Notes: generated by a model not told the origin, from the sequence alone. A stretch of DNA of 63,537 nucleotides, filler included, from Saprolegnia diclina VS20 (GCF_000281045.1; 7 parts of 2 records of this genome joined end to end with filler, not necessarily neighbours in it), one strand, 5' to 3'; positions 12,686 through 23,699 are shown, counted from the whole stretch's first letter. Numbers and translations: made by a program.

Positions 12686-14449
12686 TTACGGTTTCTTAAC
12701 AAACGGGTGTCCAACGAGCGTCACTTGCGTGTGATTGGTGCCGATATGTTTGATATCGAGGAACGGAGCGAACATGTAGCCCGCCGTCGCCGTCGTCCAC
12801 AGGTACCCGCCGTCGTCCTTGACGAGCACCGGAGCTGTATCTCTGCCATAATGCAGCAAGAGCGAGCCGTTGCCTTCGGAGAGCGTCAAATTGCCATAAA
12901 ACCCGGCCGACGCAACAGAGACGTAGGTGCCAACCAGTGCTTGGCGGTCGCTCGTTAACACGGGGGACCCGAGGCTCGTCCACGGCTTGCCTTGAAAGAG
13001 ATGGGCGTCGCAAGGTGTCGACGGCCTCGCGGCGGCAGCGGCAGCCACCGCAGACTCGTACGTCGCCGTAAGCGTTGCTTGCGGCACGTCGAGGAAGATA
13101 CCGAGAAGGTACGTCCGGATGCGGTCTTCGACAAAAACGTCACGGGGGGCACCGCCACGTCCTTCCGAGTTGGAAAGGAGGACGACGCCGAGGTCTTCTG
13201 AGGGAATGAACCCGTTGCGCGTCTTGAAAGCAAAGGTGTCACCACCCTTGTCAAAATACTGGTACCCGTACATGATGTCACCAACCGCATCAAACCCGTA
13301 GCCGGCCGTGAGCGCATCGCCATCAGCGTCATACGCATACCCCACCAACGGTCCAAGAGAAGAAAACATCGTGTTGATGCTGTGGCCCGTGATCATCGTG
13401 TCGAGGATCGTCGGTGAGCGAAAGATGCCCGCGACCTTTGAGAGCAAAAACTTTGCGAAAATCGCCAAGTCGCCGGCCGACGAGACGACCGAACCCGCAG
13501 AGAGGTAGTCGTTTCCGTTGAGGACAACCTCCGGCGACGTCCGCTGGTCGAACGGACCAGCGACCAACTTGTTGCAGTGGTAATGCGCAAACGAGAGATC
13601 GCCAGACAGCGGGACGTCACGCACAGCGCCGTACGTGTTGCTCATGCCAAGCGGCTTGAAGAACGTCGTGTGAAGGTACTGCGACCACGTTTGGTTGGTC
13701 TGGTACTCGATGACTTGGCCGAGGATCTCGTAGTTCATGTTGGCGTAAGCGTAGCCAGGGCGCAGCGGCCGGCCGTCCGTCTCGAGGTAGGCAGCCGCAC
13801 GCACCGACGCACGCTCATCAACGCCACCCAGCATCCACGCTTCGTCGCCTTGACCAGATGCAAAGACCGAGTTCATCGCGAGGAGGTCGCCGAGCGTCGT
13901 GTACTCTTCGGCGTACTTGTCCTTGAGCTGGAACCACGGAAGGCGGAGCTTGACCGGGTCGTCCCAGTGAAGACGGCCTTCATCGACCTATACGAATTAG
14001 TGTCAGCAATTATCGGCAATATAATTGAAAGAGAATATAATTGAAAGAGAGACGTACCAGCTTGCCGATGCCGAGTGCAATGAACGTCTTGGAGAACGAA
14101 CCAATTTGGAAAATCGTGTCGGCCGTCACGACATTCGTGTCGTTGCCATACTAGAATCAAGTACAGACATCATTTCCACATCGTGTAAGGATAGAGGAGA
14201 TACCTGCTTGGTGCCAAATCCGGAAGCAATAATGGTCTCGTTCTTGTAGACCACTGCGAGCGCAAGACCCGGCAGCGCATACGTCGCCATTTGGTCGTGG
14301 ACGAATGCAATGGCTTCGGCCTTCTTGTCCGCGAGCGACCGGCCACCGGTCGTTGACGTCGACGGCGACGGCAGCAGAGCTGGGATGAAGCGCACTTGGT
14401 CGACCCAGAGACCGAGATACGACGAGAGCGCGACGAAGAGAAAACGCAT
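12686..14449 (-). CDS. Beta-lactamase/penicillin-binding-protein-like serine hydrolase (AmpC-like) with C-terminal DUF3471-like domain, 2 introns
   Basis: Splicing introns 14151-14203 and 13988-14057 gives PGLALAVV..GFGTKQYG...TIFQIGSFSKTF..LVDEGRLHWDDPV (SxxK), YAYANMNYEILG (YxN), FDKGGDT. Hydrophobic N-terminus. Confidence 0.9.
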
Positions 14450-14788
14450 GATTGCGTTCGAGTATGCTCGAGGCTGCTAAATGCAAAGTGGCTACAAATC
14501 TACATTGGGACGCGGTTAGGCAATCGTTGAAGATGCATGGTCGCGTATTGCTGGCAATCGGAGTGGCAGGCACTGAGCCAAATGGTCCACAGCCTGAACG
14601 ATATGGATATAGAGGCGGTGGATTGGCCGCGCTCGATGCTTTACCAGATGCTTGACACTCACTCTGTATGGGAATGCACGTCGTCAACAATTGACTAACT
14701 GGAGGTAGCCAATCAAACGCTTGGCAACGCATCCACACCAGCATGATCCAACGACCGCACGCAACACAAGACGCTGCCCACCAAAGCA

Positions 14789-14803
14789 TCATTTTTCAAT
14801 TTG
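14789..14803 (+). promoter_or_regulatory. INR+FPR core promoter (TCATTTTTCAATTTG)
   Basis: Consensus-like match about 20 bp upstream of ATG 14824. Confidence 0.7.
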
Positions 14804-14823
14804 CCGTCAGCCAAGAAGCACTC

Positions 14824-16554
14824 ATGCGTTGGATGTACGTGGCAGCGATTTTGCTTTTGCAGCTCGTTCATGCCCGCCTCATCGTTGACTGGCCCCACAA
14901 GCGGTCGCTCGACGAGAAGAAGGCGATGGCGATCGCATTTGTTGAAGACCAGCTCCAGAAGCACGCAGTCCCGGGCTTTGCACTCTCGATCGTCTACCAG
15001 AACGAGACAGTCCTCACCCGCGGCTTTGGTACCAAGCAAGTACGTTCTACTTGCTCCAATTATGTAGCAAGGACGCGGTCTCTCATGAATCTCTGTTGTC
15101 TAGTACGGCAACGACTCGAATGTAGTGACTGAAAACACGCAATTTCAGATTGGGTCGTTCACCAAGACGTTCATTGCACTCGGAATTGCCAAGCTCGTAC
15201 GTACCTAGCTCATTTTTCGATACTTATGTACTCATGACTGTGCCAGGTGGATGAAGGTCGCTTGAGCTGGGACGACCCGGTCAAACTGCGGCTTCCGTGG
15301 TTTGAGCTCGCTGACAAGTACGCAGAGAAGTACACGACGCTCGGTGACCTTGCGGCCATGAACTCAGTCCTCGGTGCATTCGAAGGCGACATTGTCTGGG
15401 GTATTAGTGTACACCCCAACGAGCGCAGCCTCGTGCAATCGCTGGGTACCTTCAAGACCACCCGACACCTCCGTGCCGGCTACGCGTATGCCAACTTGAA
15501 CTTTGAGATCCTCGGCCAAGTGCTCGAGCACCAGACCAACATGACATGGTCGCAGTACCTCCACAAGACGTTCTTCACGCCGATCGGCATGGTCAACACG
15601 TACGGGTCGGTCCCGGACGTGCCTGCAAACGGCGACCTCTCGTTCGGCCATGTCATCTGTAACGGCAAAGTCGCTGGCCCGTACGATTTGCGATCGTCGC
15701 CCGAGATTGCACTTGGGTACAAGAACGGGCACCTCGCCGCCGGGTCGATGCTCTCGACGGCGTCGGACTTGGCGCTCTTCTCCAAGTTTCTCCTTTCGAA
15801 AGGCGCGGGTATCTTTCGCTCGCCCAAGACAGTCGAAACCTTGATCACGGGTCACAACTTCCAAGCGATGTTTGCGCCGCTCGCAAAGCTCGTCGGCATG
15901 TCGTACAACCCGGACGGCGGCTCCATGACGGCTGGCTACGGCTTTGATATCACTGGCAACCTTATGTACGGTCGTCATTACTTTGACAAGAGCGGCGATA
16001 CGATCGCGTTCAAGACACGGACGGGGTTCCTTCCAAAGGAAGAGCTTGGCATCGTGCTGCTTGCGAATGCCAAGCCGGCGGGTGGTCCGACCGAAGACGA
16101 GTTTTTGTCGGACCGCATCCGCACGTACGTGGCTGGCATCTTCCTCGACGTCGAGCCGGCGCTTCTTCTCGGTCTCCGTGCACAAACGTTAGCAGCGCGC
16201 GCCAAGGAGCTGCCTGCGCAATGCAGCGAGCACACGTTTGGCGGCAAGTCGTGGACCGAGATGGGCAGCGTCCTGCCTGAAGCGGCGCAGAAGAACCTCG
16301 TGGGGACGTACGCGCCAAGAGAGTCCGCTACCTACTATGGCAATGTCACCATCTCGCGCGCGGGCGACCGCCTCCAGCTGCACTACGGTGCGTACACGGC
16401 CCCGCTGTACGCTGCGCGCGACATGTCGTCGACGTTGCTTTGGGCCCTTGACGCCGTCGCAGGCGCCGAAATCTTCATTCCGGTCGAGGGCCTGGAGACG
16501 GCGACGCCAACCTTTGAGTTGAGTGTCCCGTATACTAAAGTCCAGGCGTCGTAA
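14824..16554 (+). CDS. Secreted beta-lactamase/PBP-like serine hydrolase, paralog of the divergent neighbour, 2 introns
   Basis: Signal peptide MRWMYVAAILLLQLVHA; introns 15040-15103 and 15197-15246; motifs GSFTK, YAN, FDKSG. Confidence 0.92.
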
Positions 16555-16772
16555 ACTAATACATCACTGCCTATTGCATGTAGCTCTTGGTTGAGAATGC
16601 AAGAGGTGGGTCCTCGTACGTTGTCGCGACAGGTGCTATGATGGCACCAGTCAAATGGACAATACATGTCCATATTGTACAAACACTGAAAACAACGCAT
16701 AAACTGTAAAAATGGCCCATTTTACGTGTTGGAAACCAGAGTGCTATCGGAATACGCATTGGTGTACGTAGC

Positions 16773-17920
16773 TTACGACGCGATCGTCGTCGTGCCAACA
16801 ACGACTGCCGTCGCACCGGTCTTGGACAGGTTGTTGCTGGACGCCGACTTGAGGTAGCAGACGCCTTCAAACAAGACGTACGCGTTGCATTGGTTGTTCT
16901 TCTTGCACGCCTCGCAGCACTGACCAAGCATACTATTAAAGTCGCCTGTCGCTTGCAAGGTAGCAATGTCGTTGCCGANNNNNNNNNNNNNNNNNNNNNN
17001 NNNNNNNNNNNNNNNNNNNNNNNNNNNNNNNNNNNNNNNNNNNNNNNNNNNNNNNNNNNNNNNNNNNNNNNNNNNNNNNNNNNNNNNNNNNNNNNNNNNN
17101 NNNNNNNNNNNNNNNNNNNNNNNNNNNNNNNNNNNNNNNNNNNNNNNNNNNNNNNNNNNNNNNNNNNNNNNNNNNNNNNNNNNNNNNNNNNNNNNNNNNN
17201 NNNNNNNNNNNNNNNNNNNNNNNNNNNNNNNNNNNNNNNNNNNNNNNNNNNNNNNNNNNNNNNNNNNNNNNNNNNNNNNNNNNNNNNNNNNNNNNNNNNN
17301 NNNNNNNNNNNNNNNNNNNNNNNNNNNNNNNNNNNNNNNNNNNNNNNNNNNNNNNNNNNNNNNNNNNNNNNNNNNNNNNNNNNNNNNNNNNNNNNNNNNN
17401 NNNNNNNNNNNNNNNNNNNNNNNNNNNNNNNNNNNNNNNNNNNNNNNNNNNNNNNNNNNNNNNNNNNNNNNNNNNNNNNNNNNNNNNNNNNNNNNNNNNN
17501 NNNNNNNNNNNNNNNNNNNNNNNNNNNNNNNNNNNNNNNNNNNNNNNNNNNNNNNNNNNNNNNNNNNNNNNNNNNNNNNNNNNNNNNNNNNNNNNNNNNN
17601 NNNNNNNNNNNNNNNNNNNNNNNNNNNNNNNNNNNNNNNNNNNNNNNNNNNNNNNNNNNNNNNNNNNNNNNNNNNNNNNNNNNNGCACCCGACTTGAGGT
17701 AGCAGACGTTGTCGGCGAGCGTGTAGGCGACGCACGTGTTGCTGGCCGTGCACGCGTCGCAGCACTGCTTGAGCATGTTGCCAAAGTCGCCGGTGGTGCC
17801 AAAGTTGGAGATGTCGCTGCCGGCAAAGTCCGTGTTCCACTCGGGCGACCCGCAGGTCCGAGCGTAGGTTGTGGTCATGGCCATCGCGGCCAGGAGCGCA
17901 GTCGTCGTGAGCAGCTGCAT
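16773..17920 (-). CDS. Secreted PAN/Apple-domain repeat protein (middle in gap)
   Basis: MQLLTTTALLAAMAMTTTYARTCGSPEWNTDFAG...CYLKSG before the gap and ...QCCEACKKNNQCNAYVLFEGVCYLKS...IAS* after it; close paralog of 10626-11255. Confidence 0.88.
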
Positions 17921-17952
17921 GGTGGTAGTGGTGGTGTTGATGGAGTTGCGAG

Positions 17953-17968
17953 CAAATCGGAAAATGAA
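17953..17968 (-). promoter_or_regulatory. INR+FPR core promoter (TCATTTTCCGATTTG)
   Basis: Same position relative to ATG as in the paralogous PAN gene. Confidence 0.7.
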
Positions 17969-18109
17969 GTTGTTCAGTGACTTGGATGTCTGTCAAGCGA
18001 GACTGCAGTGGCGCAGTCTTCCATAAAACGTCATGGGAGAAGGGTGGAATGGTAAAAAGCTATCGACGCACGGCTTGGTCGGTAGCTCGATATCATACAT
18101 AACTACTAA

Positions 18110-18214
18110 CTAGATGCTTGTGGCCAGAATCGCTTTGGATCGTGCTATTCGCTTTGGATCGTGCTATGACGACTATCTAGATACTTGTGGTCAGAATCGC
18201 TTTGGATCGTGCTG
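18110..18214. repeat. Short direct repeats (3x TCGCTTTGGATCGTGCT, two within longer ~37-bp copies)
   Basis: Read directly from sequence. Confidence 0.8.
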
Positions 18215-19626
18215 TATGATGTGTGTGTGGTGGTAGAGACTCGGTACGCCGACGAGATGCCATTGACACGCCCACCTCTCATGGTAATTTGTGGTCGCAC
18301 AATACGTTGCGATGCGACATATTTATCGAAGCCCGTACGTACATCGGATTGGCTGACAAGAAAATCGAATGGCGTTTGATTGGCGCGTTTTACGACGAGT
18401 GATCGCCGTCCACTCTTTTGCAACCTCTCCGAGTGCCACGTCACTACCATATGATATGCCGTTGGAATGGATCCTGGTGTCCTGCTGTGCTTGGACGAAA
18501 GGCGAGGGCGTGAGCGTGCTGGGACCGCAGATGTAAAGAACTCTTGCCAATTGGCTGCCAGTAGAGCCTGACGAGCACAGTCGCAAGCACACCCAGTAGC
18601 CTGCGTGGTGTTGCAGTTGCGCCGGCATCGTTGAAGTAGCGAAAAGGATTCTCATGCTTCCCCATATCCGACGTATCCGGACGGGCGCCAAATTTCATGC
18701 CATTCCCACGGCCTAGCCGAAAGCAAAGGAGGAATGCATTACGCCTTGTAACCAGAGCGTTCCGACGCCACTGAATAGGCGACCTTCTCCAAAGACGTCT
18801 GGTTGCCGTCATTTAGCCAGCACGATGGCTGTAGTATGACCACGGTCTTGCGCCAAGCTGTAGCTGGGAGGAAGAGCGTGGACGACAATCCATCGCAGGA
18901 TTGCTTAGGATTGTACGAGTAGCTGCGTTGCACCATCACAGATCACACAATATCCACGACCAGGATATCGATCGGACCCAGCACTGCGGCGAAAGAAGAA
19001 TCTTGACACAAAATATTCAAGAGCCCATCGTGGCCGTCCGTTTCAGTGCCGCATATGTTGAACGACGTGTCATTCCACCCGCCGAGATATCTGAAGTGGC
19101 GTCATTTCATTCCCGAGCACTGCAAAGCGGTGTCATGCAGTGGTCAGTTGTGGTCCAGATGGCCTGCAACGACCTGTACAGTCTTCTCGCGAGGTGGCTC
19201 CAAGTCGTAGTAGTTGTTGAAGTCAAGGGTAGTGTGAACGAGACATGCAACACGCTATAGTGTAAGAGTTGACACTTGGAGAGCAAAAAGGATAGCAAAA
19301 TGGTTAGAAAGGGGAGTGAGTGCGATAAAGTTTGTTGGCTTTGGATTGGGTACATGGCGACTCGATTCGACCAATATTTGTGGACTCAGAGAATCAAACT
19401 CGGCGCTCAAACGCCAAGAGAGTCGAGCCGCGTAAGTAAGCCACCATGCACCACATATTGCAGACAAAGGACACGGTCATTCCATGTAGTAATCGGCTGG
19501 CGATTCCAATATGACACTCTTTCGCTNNNNNNNNNNNNNNNNNNNNNNNNNNNNNNNNNNNNNNNNNNNNTTAATTAATTAANNNNNNNNNNNNNNNNNN
19601 NNNNNNNNNNNNNNNNNNNNNNNNNN

Positions 19627-19721
19627 CGCCAGTCGTGTACAAGCGGCGTCCTATTGGTCGACACCGATTCCGTAGCAACACCGAATGACGTGGCAGTCGG
19701 TAGTGGTTGCATACTTTGACA
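19627..19721 (-). repeat. 3' LTR, partial
   Basis: Identical to 21135-21229; preceded on minus strand by PPT at 19722-19729. Confidence 0.88.
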
Positions 19722-20621
19722 CCCCCCTTGAATCGGTGTGGCCGAGAGGGAGAGCCTTGGGTCTTGCTGTACGGCGTCTTGCTCGGTCGCGCCGTCAGTC
19801 GTCTTGGTTGGGCGCCGAGTGTCGTTTGGTTCATCGGGTGTTGAAAAGGCGATGCATGTGGTCGCTCATGCCGTTGTGGCCTTCGTGGGCGCGGTGTTCT
19901 CCGACGTCGCGCTTGCGCCGGGACGTCTTGTTAGTGGTGGCGTCCTTCGTTGTGAGTGCTTGTGCCCGTGCGTGTCGGTGCGTTGGTCTTGCTGCCTGGT
20001 GGGCTGTTGTCGAGTCTTCGTGCTGCGCGGGCTTGTACGCCGGCGTAAGCTGTGGCTCGTTGTCCTTGGGCGCTGTGGCGGTTGCCGTGCGTTGCGTCGC
20101 GGGCGGGACGTTGCGTCTGCGGAGTCGATGTTCTTGTCGCGCGGCGTCCTCGGCGGAGGGCCGCGAAAGGCTACGTGTGCGCCGCTTCGGGTAGCCATCG
20201 CCTGTGCGCGGCTTGAGGTGTCCGTCTCGCGGGCCGAGGTGATAGCGTCTTCCTTGTCGTCGGATCGCGTCGTAGCGCGGCCATGCTGCCCCCTTTTCGG
20301 CGACAAGGGAAGGCGCGTTCGATGCTCCGTCCTGGCGGTCTGGTGGCGGCGTGAGGCCGTCGGCTTCTTCACTGGTGGGACGTGGTTGTCTTGATCGCCG
20401 CGGCGGTGGCTGCGCCAGTCTTCTCGTGGGCGTGCGTGCATGCTCGCCGTGGTATACCTTGCGGGCTCCCTGTCACGGGCGCCGGTAGGTGTACTTGTCC
20501 TTGAGCTGTACCGACTCCCTGTTACGGGCGCCGGTAGGTGATGGTGTCCTTGGGTCTTGGATGCGCGTCGTGCGCTGCTTGTCGACCGCGCTCGTTGGTT
20601 GGCGCGGGATGCTTGATGGTA

Positions 20622-20667
<46 letters not shown>

Positions 20668-20680
20668 CGTTGCCGTTGTC
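20622..20680. repeat. (TCGTTG)n microsatellite inside the LTR element
   Basis: About 7 perfect plus degenerate units. Confidence 0.9.
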
Positions 20681-20990
20681 GTGCGCTTCGTGGCCGTGGT
20701 TCCTGCCGATTTCGGCACTTGGTTGACGAGTGCGCGGGCGAGCTGCACTGGTTGCTGCTCCCCTTCTAGCCGCTGCTGGGCGGGCCGTTGCTTCTCAACG
20801 GGCTTGTGGGCTCCGAACTGGACGCCTTGTAGTTGTTCTTGGGTTGCGCGCTCTTGATCGGTGAGTGGGAGCGCGGTCGATGGCCGCCGGCGCGGCGCAT
20901 CGTTGGGAGCGCTGGTCGTCTCGGGCACTCTCTGCCGTGGAGAGGGGCGCGGTGGTCTTCGCCGTGTCGCCTTGGAGGTCGTACGTAGTT

Positions 20991-21002
20991 GGGCTCATAA
21001 CC
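20991..21002 (-). other. Primer-binding site GGTTATGAGCCC (half-tRNA-iMet type)
   Basis: Abuts LTR end; resembles Drosophila copia GGTTATGGGCCC rather than a TGG-type PBS. Confidence 0.8.
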
Positions 21003-21229
21003 TGTCAGAACGAGCTGACAAGGCGTGGCAGCGGCGAAGAGACTTGCGCCCGCAGGGCGCCAAGGAGAGGCCAGAGATACAAAATTCGAGAGTACATTAC
21101 ATAGATAACTTATGGTAGCTACGCTGTAGCTGTGCGCCAGTCGTGTACAAGCGGCGTCCTATTGGTCGACACCGATTCCGTAGCAACACCGAATGACGTG
21201 GCAGTCGGTAGTGGTTGCATACTTTGACA
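21003..21229 (-). repeat. 5' LTR (227 bp)
   Basis: TG...CA termini with 5-bp inverted ends; 21135-21229 identical to 19627-19721. Confidence 0.88.
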
Positions 21230-21387
21230 GTACCATCAAGCTGCGCCAGTAGTACAATTTCTGCAACAACTTCCTTGGTGTTGCTAAAGCTGTCGATGTC
21301 GCGTCGCTTCAAGATCGCAACACGGTCCTTTCTATCCTTTTCCGGATCCGGATGATGTGACAACCCCACGACACTTGATATTGCGGC

Positions 21388-23511
21388 ATGGCGGCGTCGA
21401 CGGTGCTGCGGTCGTCGGACCTCTTCGCTGCTATCACCGCCCATCAAGACGGACTCACGGAAGCGATGGCCGATGTCCAGATGCTCGCTGATGCGGTGCA
21501 CCTCACGCTACCCAGCATCGGTCGCCTACGGCACCTCGTGAACGTCCCGGCGGCAATTGCGGCGCTGCCGTACCTTCAGCGGTATCCCGACCCGACGACC
21601 AAGCTTTCAGCGCACGCGCTCTTTGTGTCGCCGACGGTGGCTGATCCAGCCTTGGCGCTGCACCTCTCGATTGTCCAAGGCCATATGGCGATCGTCCGGC
21701 AATGGCTTCGACATGACGCGACGCTCGTCACATCAGCGACGCTCGAGCTTGCGGCGGCGTCATCTCAAGGAGCCATTTTGCGGCTGCTTTTTGCGCGTTA
21801 TCCCGAGCTTGCAACGCCCAAGATGATGGACCTCGTGGCCATGGCGGGCGATTTGGCACTCTTGCGATGGCTGCACGAAGCTGGTGCGATCTGTACGACC
21901 GCTGCAATGGACGGTGCAGCGATGAACGGCCACTTGGACGTCGTCGTCTTCCTACATGAAACAAGAGCCGAAGGCTGCACGGTGGCGGCAGTCACGGCGG
22001 CGGCCGCCAACGGCCATGCCGACATTGTCCGGTATCTCTTCAACCATCGCACTGAGCGCGTCGACGCATGGCTCTACTACGATGCGCCGCACAGCGACCA
22101 CAAGACGCACCGTGTAGAAGGAACAACGTACCTCGAGGCCATCGACTTGATCATGACAACAACCACAACGCTGCATGAAAACGTTCTTTTGACCAGCATC
22201 GAGCGCCTCGGGCTGCCCGCGCTGCAGCACATTTACGCGAGCGGCTACCAGCGCATCACGCCACAATGCCTCGAAGTCGCGCTGTTGCGACAGGACCATT
22301 CCATGCTTTCATTTGCGCTCCACGCTCTGTTCGAAGCGCATGCGTCTGGCATTGGCGAGTGGCAACCGCCGGATGAGGACGAAAATGCAGTGGAGAACAA
22401 TCTCAGGTTTGGCTTTCCGACTCGCTGGCGTGACTACGCTTTCTTGGACACGGCGGCGTTTTGTGGCAATCTTGCCGCGATCCAGCTGCTGCACGCCAGC
22501 CGGCTGCGAGGTGCCACCGAGCGTGCAATGGCGAATGCGGCCTGCAATGGCCACCTCGAGGCGCTCCAATGGCTCCATGCGCATCGTCAGGACGGCTGCT
22601 CGGCCGACGCAATGGCGCTGGCGGCCGCGCGTGGACATTCGGACGTTGTCTACTGGCTTTTGAACGTCTATCAGCTGCCGCTGACCAATGCCGTGCTCGC
22701 GTCCGCGGCGGCCAATGGCAACCTCCCGCTCGTGCAGTACCTACTGTCGTGGCTGCCAGGTGCGAGCGATGACGTCGGCGACGCAACCGTGCTTCAACTG
22801 CGTGTGCCTTCGCAGGATCGGTTCAAACTCAACATGGCCGAGTACTTTGACGGCCGTCCGACCGACTGGGCTGTTCGCCGAGGCCACCTACAGGTGCTTC
22901 AATGTCTCGTGGCTTATGGCTGTGTGGTGTCGCCCGTGGCCATAAACGACGCTGTACAGCACGGCCATCTCGATGTCATGGTCTATCTCCACGGCGTCTT
23001 TGACCAGCGCTGCTCGACGTTTGACGCGCTTTCGAAGGCCGTGTGCCATCATTCGATCAGCGTGCTCACGCATGCTCTTTTGCACCACACTATTTGGGCG
23101 GCCACGGACGACGTCGACGAGCGGGCCCTGGACGTGCACATTCTCTGCGTCTATGTCGCTCGACGCGGCGATGTGGCGATCCTCGACCTTGTGGCCAAGA
23201 CCTTTGCCCTCGACTGTCTCCGAGATCTGCCCCGGCGGGTGCAAGAGCGCATGCTCGTGCGTGCGGCCGCCCATGGACATCTCGAGATGCTACAGTATCT
23301 GGTGGAGACGCATGGCTTTGCATGGACCAGTGCCGTTGAGAGCGCGGCGCGCAACGACGGCCGAAAGCGCGTACTTCGGTATTTGGCGACGCTGGGCCCG
23401 GCGGTGCCGTCGGCGTACGCGCTCGGGGACGTGGCCCTCGCGCGCGAGATCTTTGATCGGTCCCGTCGACGCGTCATGGTCGACGGACACCCGCGTGTGC
23501 AGCCCATGTAA
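21388..23511 (+). CDS. Ankyrin-repeat protein (Saprolegniales-type, intronless, 707 aa)
   Basis: Repeats such as CTTAAMDGAAMNGHLDVVVFLHETRAEGCT and AMANAACNGHLEALQWLH. Confidence 0.92.
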   Translation: MAASTVLRSSDLFAAITAHQDGLTEAMADVQMLADAVHLTLPSIGRLRHLVNVPAAIAALPYLQRYPDPTTKLSAHALFVSPTVADPALALHLSIVQGHMAIVRQWLRHDATLVTSATLELAAASSQGAILRLLFARYPELATPKMMDLVAMAGDLALLRWLHEAGAICTTAAMDGAAMNGHLDVVVFLHETRAEGCTVAAVTAAAANGHADIVRYLFNHRTERVDAWLYYDAPHSDHKTHRVEGTTYLEAIDLIMTTTTTLHENVLLTSIERLGLPALQHIYASGYQRITPQCLEVALLRQDHSMLSFALHALFEAHASGIGEWQPPDEDENAVENNLRFGFPTRWRDYAFLDTAAFCGNLAAIQLLHASRLRGATERAMANAACNGHLEALQWLHAHRQDGCSADAMALAAARGHSDVVYWLLNVYQLPLTNAVLASAAANGNLPLVQYLLSWLPGASDDVGDATVLQLRVPSQDRFKLNMAEYFDGRPTDWAVRRGHLQVLQCLVAYGCVVSPVAINDAVQHGHLDVMVYLHGVFDQRCSTFDALSKAVCHHSISVLTHALLHHTIWAATDDVDERALDVHILCVYVARRGDVAILDLVAKTFALDCLRDLPRRVQERMLVRAAAHGHLEMLQYLVETHGFAWTSAVESAARNDGRKRVLRYLATLGPAVPSAYALGDVALAREIFDRSRRRVMVDGHPRVQPM

Positions 23512-23699
23512 GGACGCCGCGGATATGCGTCAATCAGCATTAAACAATAAAACCATTTGTATGAAATTCGAGAATGTGGCGAGACTGGCTGGCACGATGC
23601 AGTGTTTGCAGGGGCATTTTGGCTGGTCGAACCGGACGACACAGTGGTGCCACCCAATGCAAACACGATTGGCGAGTCGTCCGGTTGGCGACGAACGTG

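Larger units (their letters stand above)
19627..21229 (-). mobile_element. Non-autonomous Ty1/copia-type LTR retroelement (3' LTR truncated by contig end)
   Basis: 5' LTR 21229-21003 (TGTCA...TGACA), followed immediately by GGTTATGAGCCC primer-binding site; AAGGGGGG polypurine tract directly before the second LTR starting at 19721; 95 bp of the two LTRs are identical; ~1.28 kb interior has no recognisable gag/pol motifs. Confidence 0.88.

Noticed and set aside
14018..14049. 16-bp tandem duplication in the hydrolase intron
   Set aside because: Ordinary slippage event with no sign of function.
3547..17683. Long poly-X ORFs in the supplied track
   Set aside because: Artefacts of translating through N gaps.
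18450..19526. Short ORFs suggesting a gene relic
   Set aside because: No family recognisable and frames are broken; cannot support a call.
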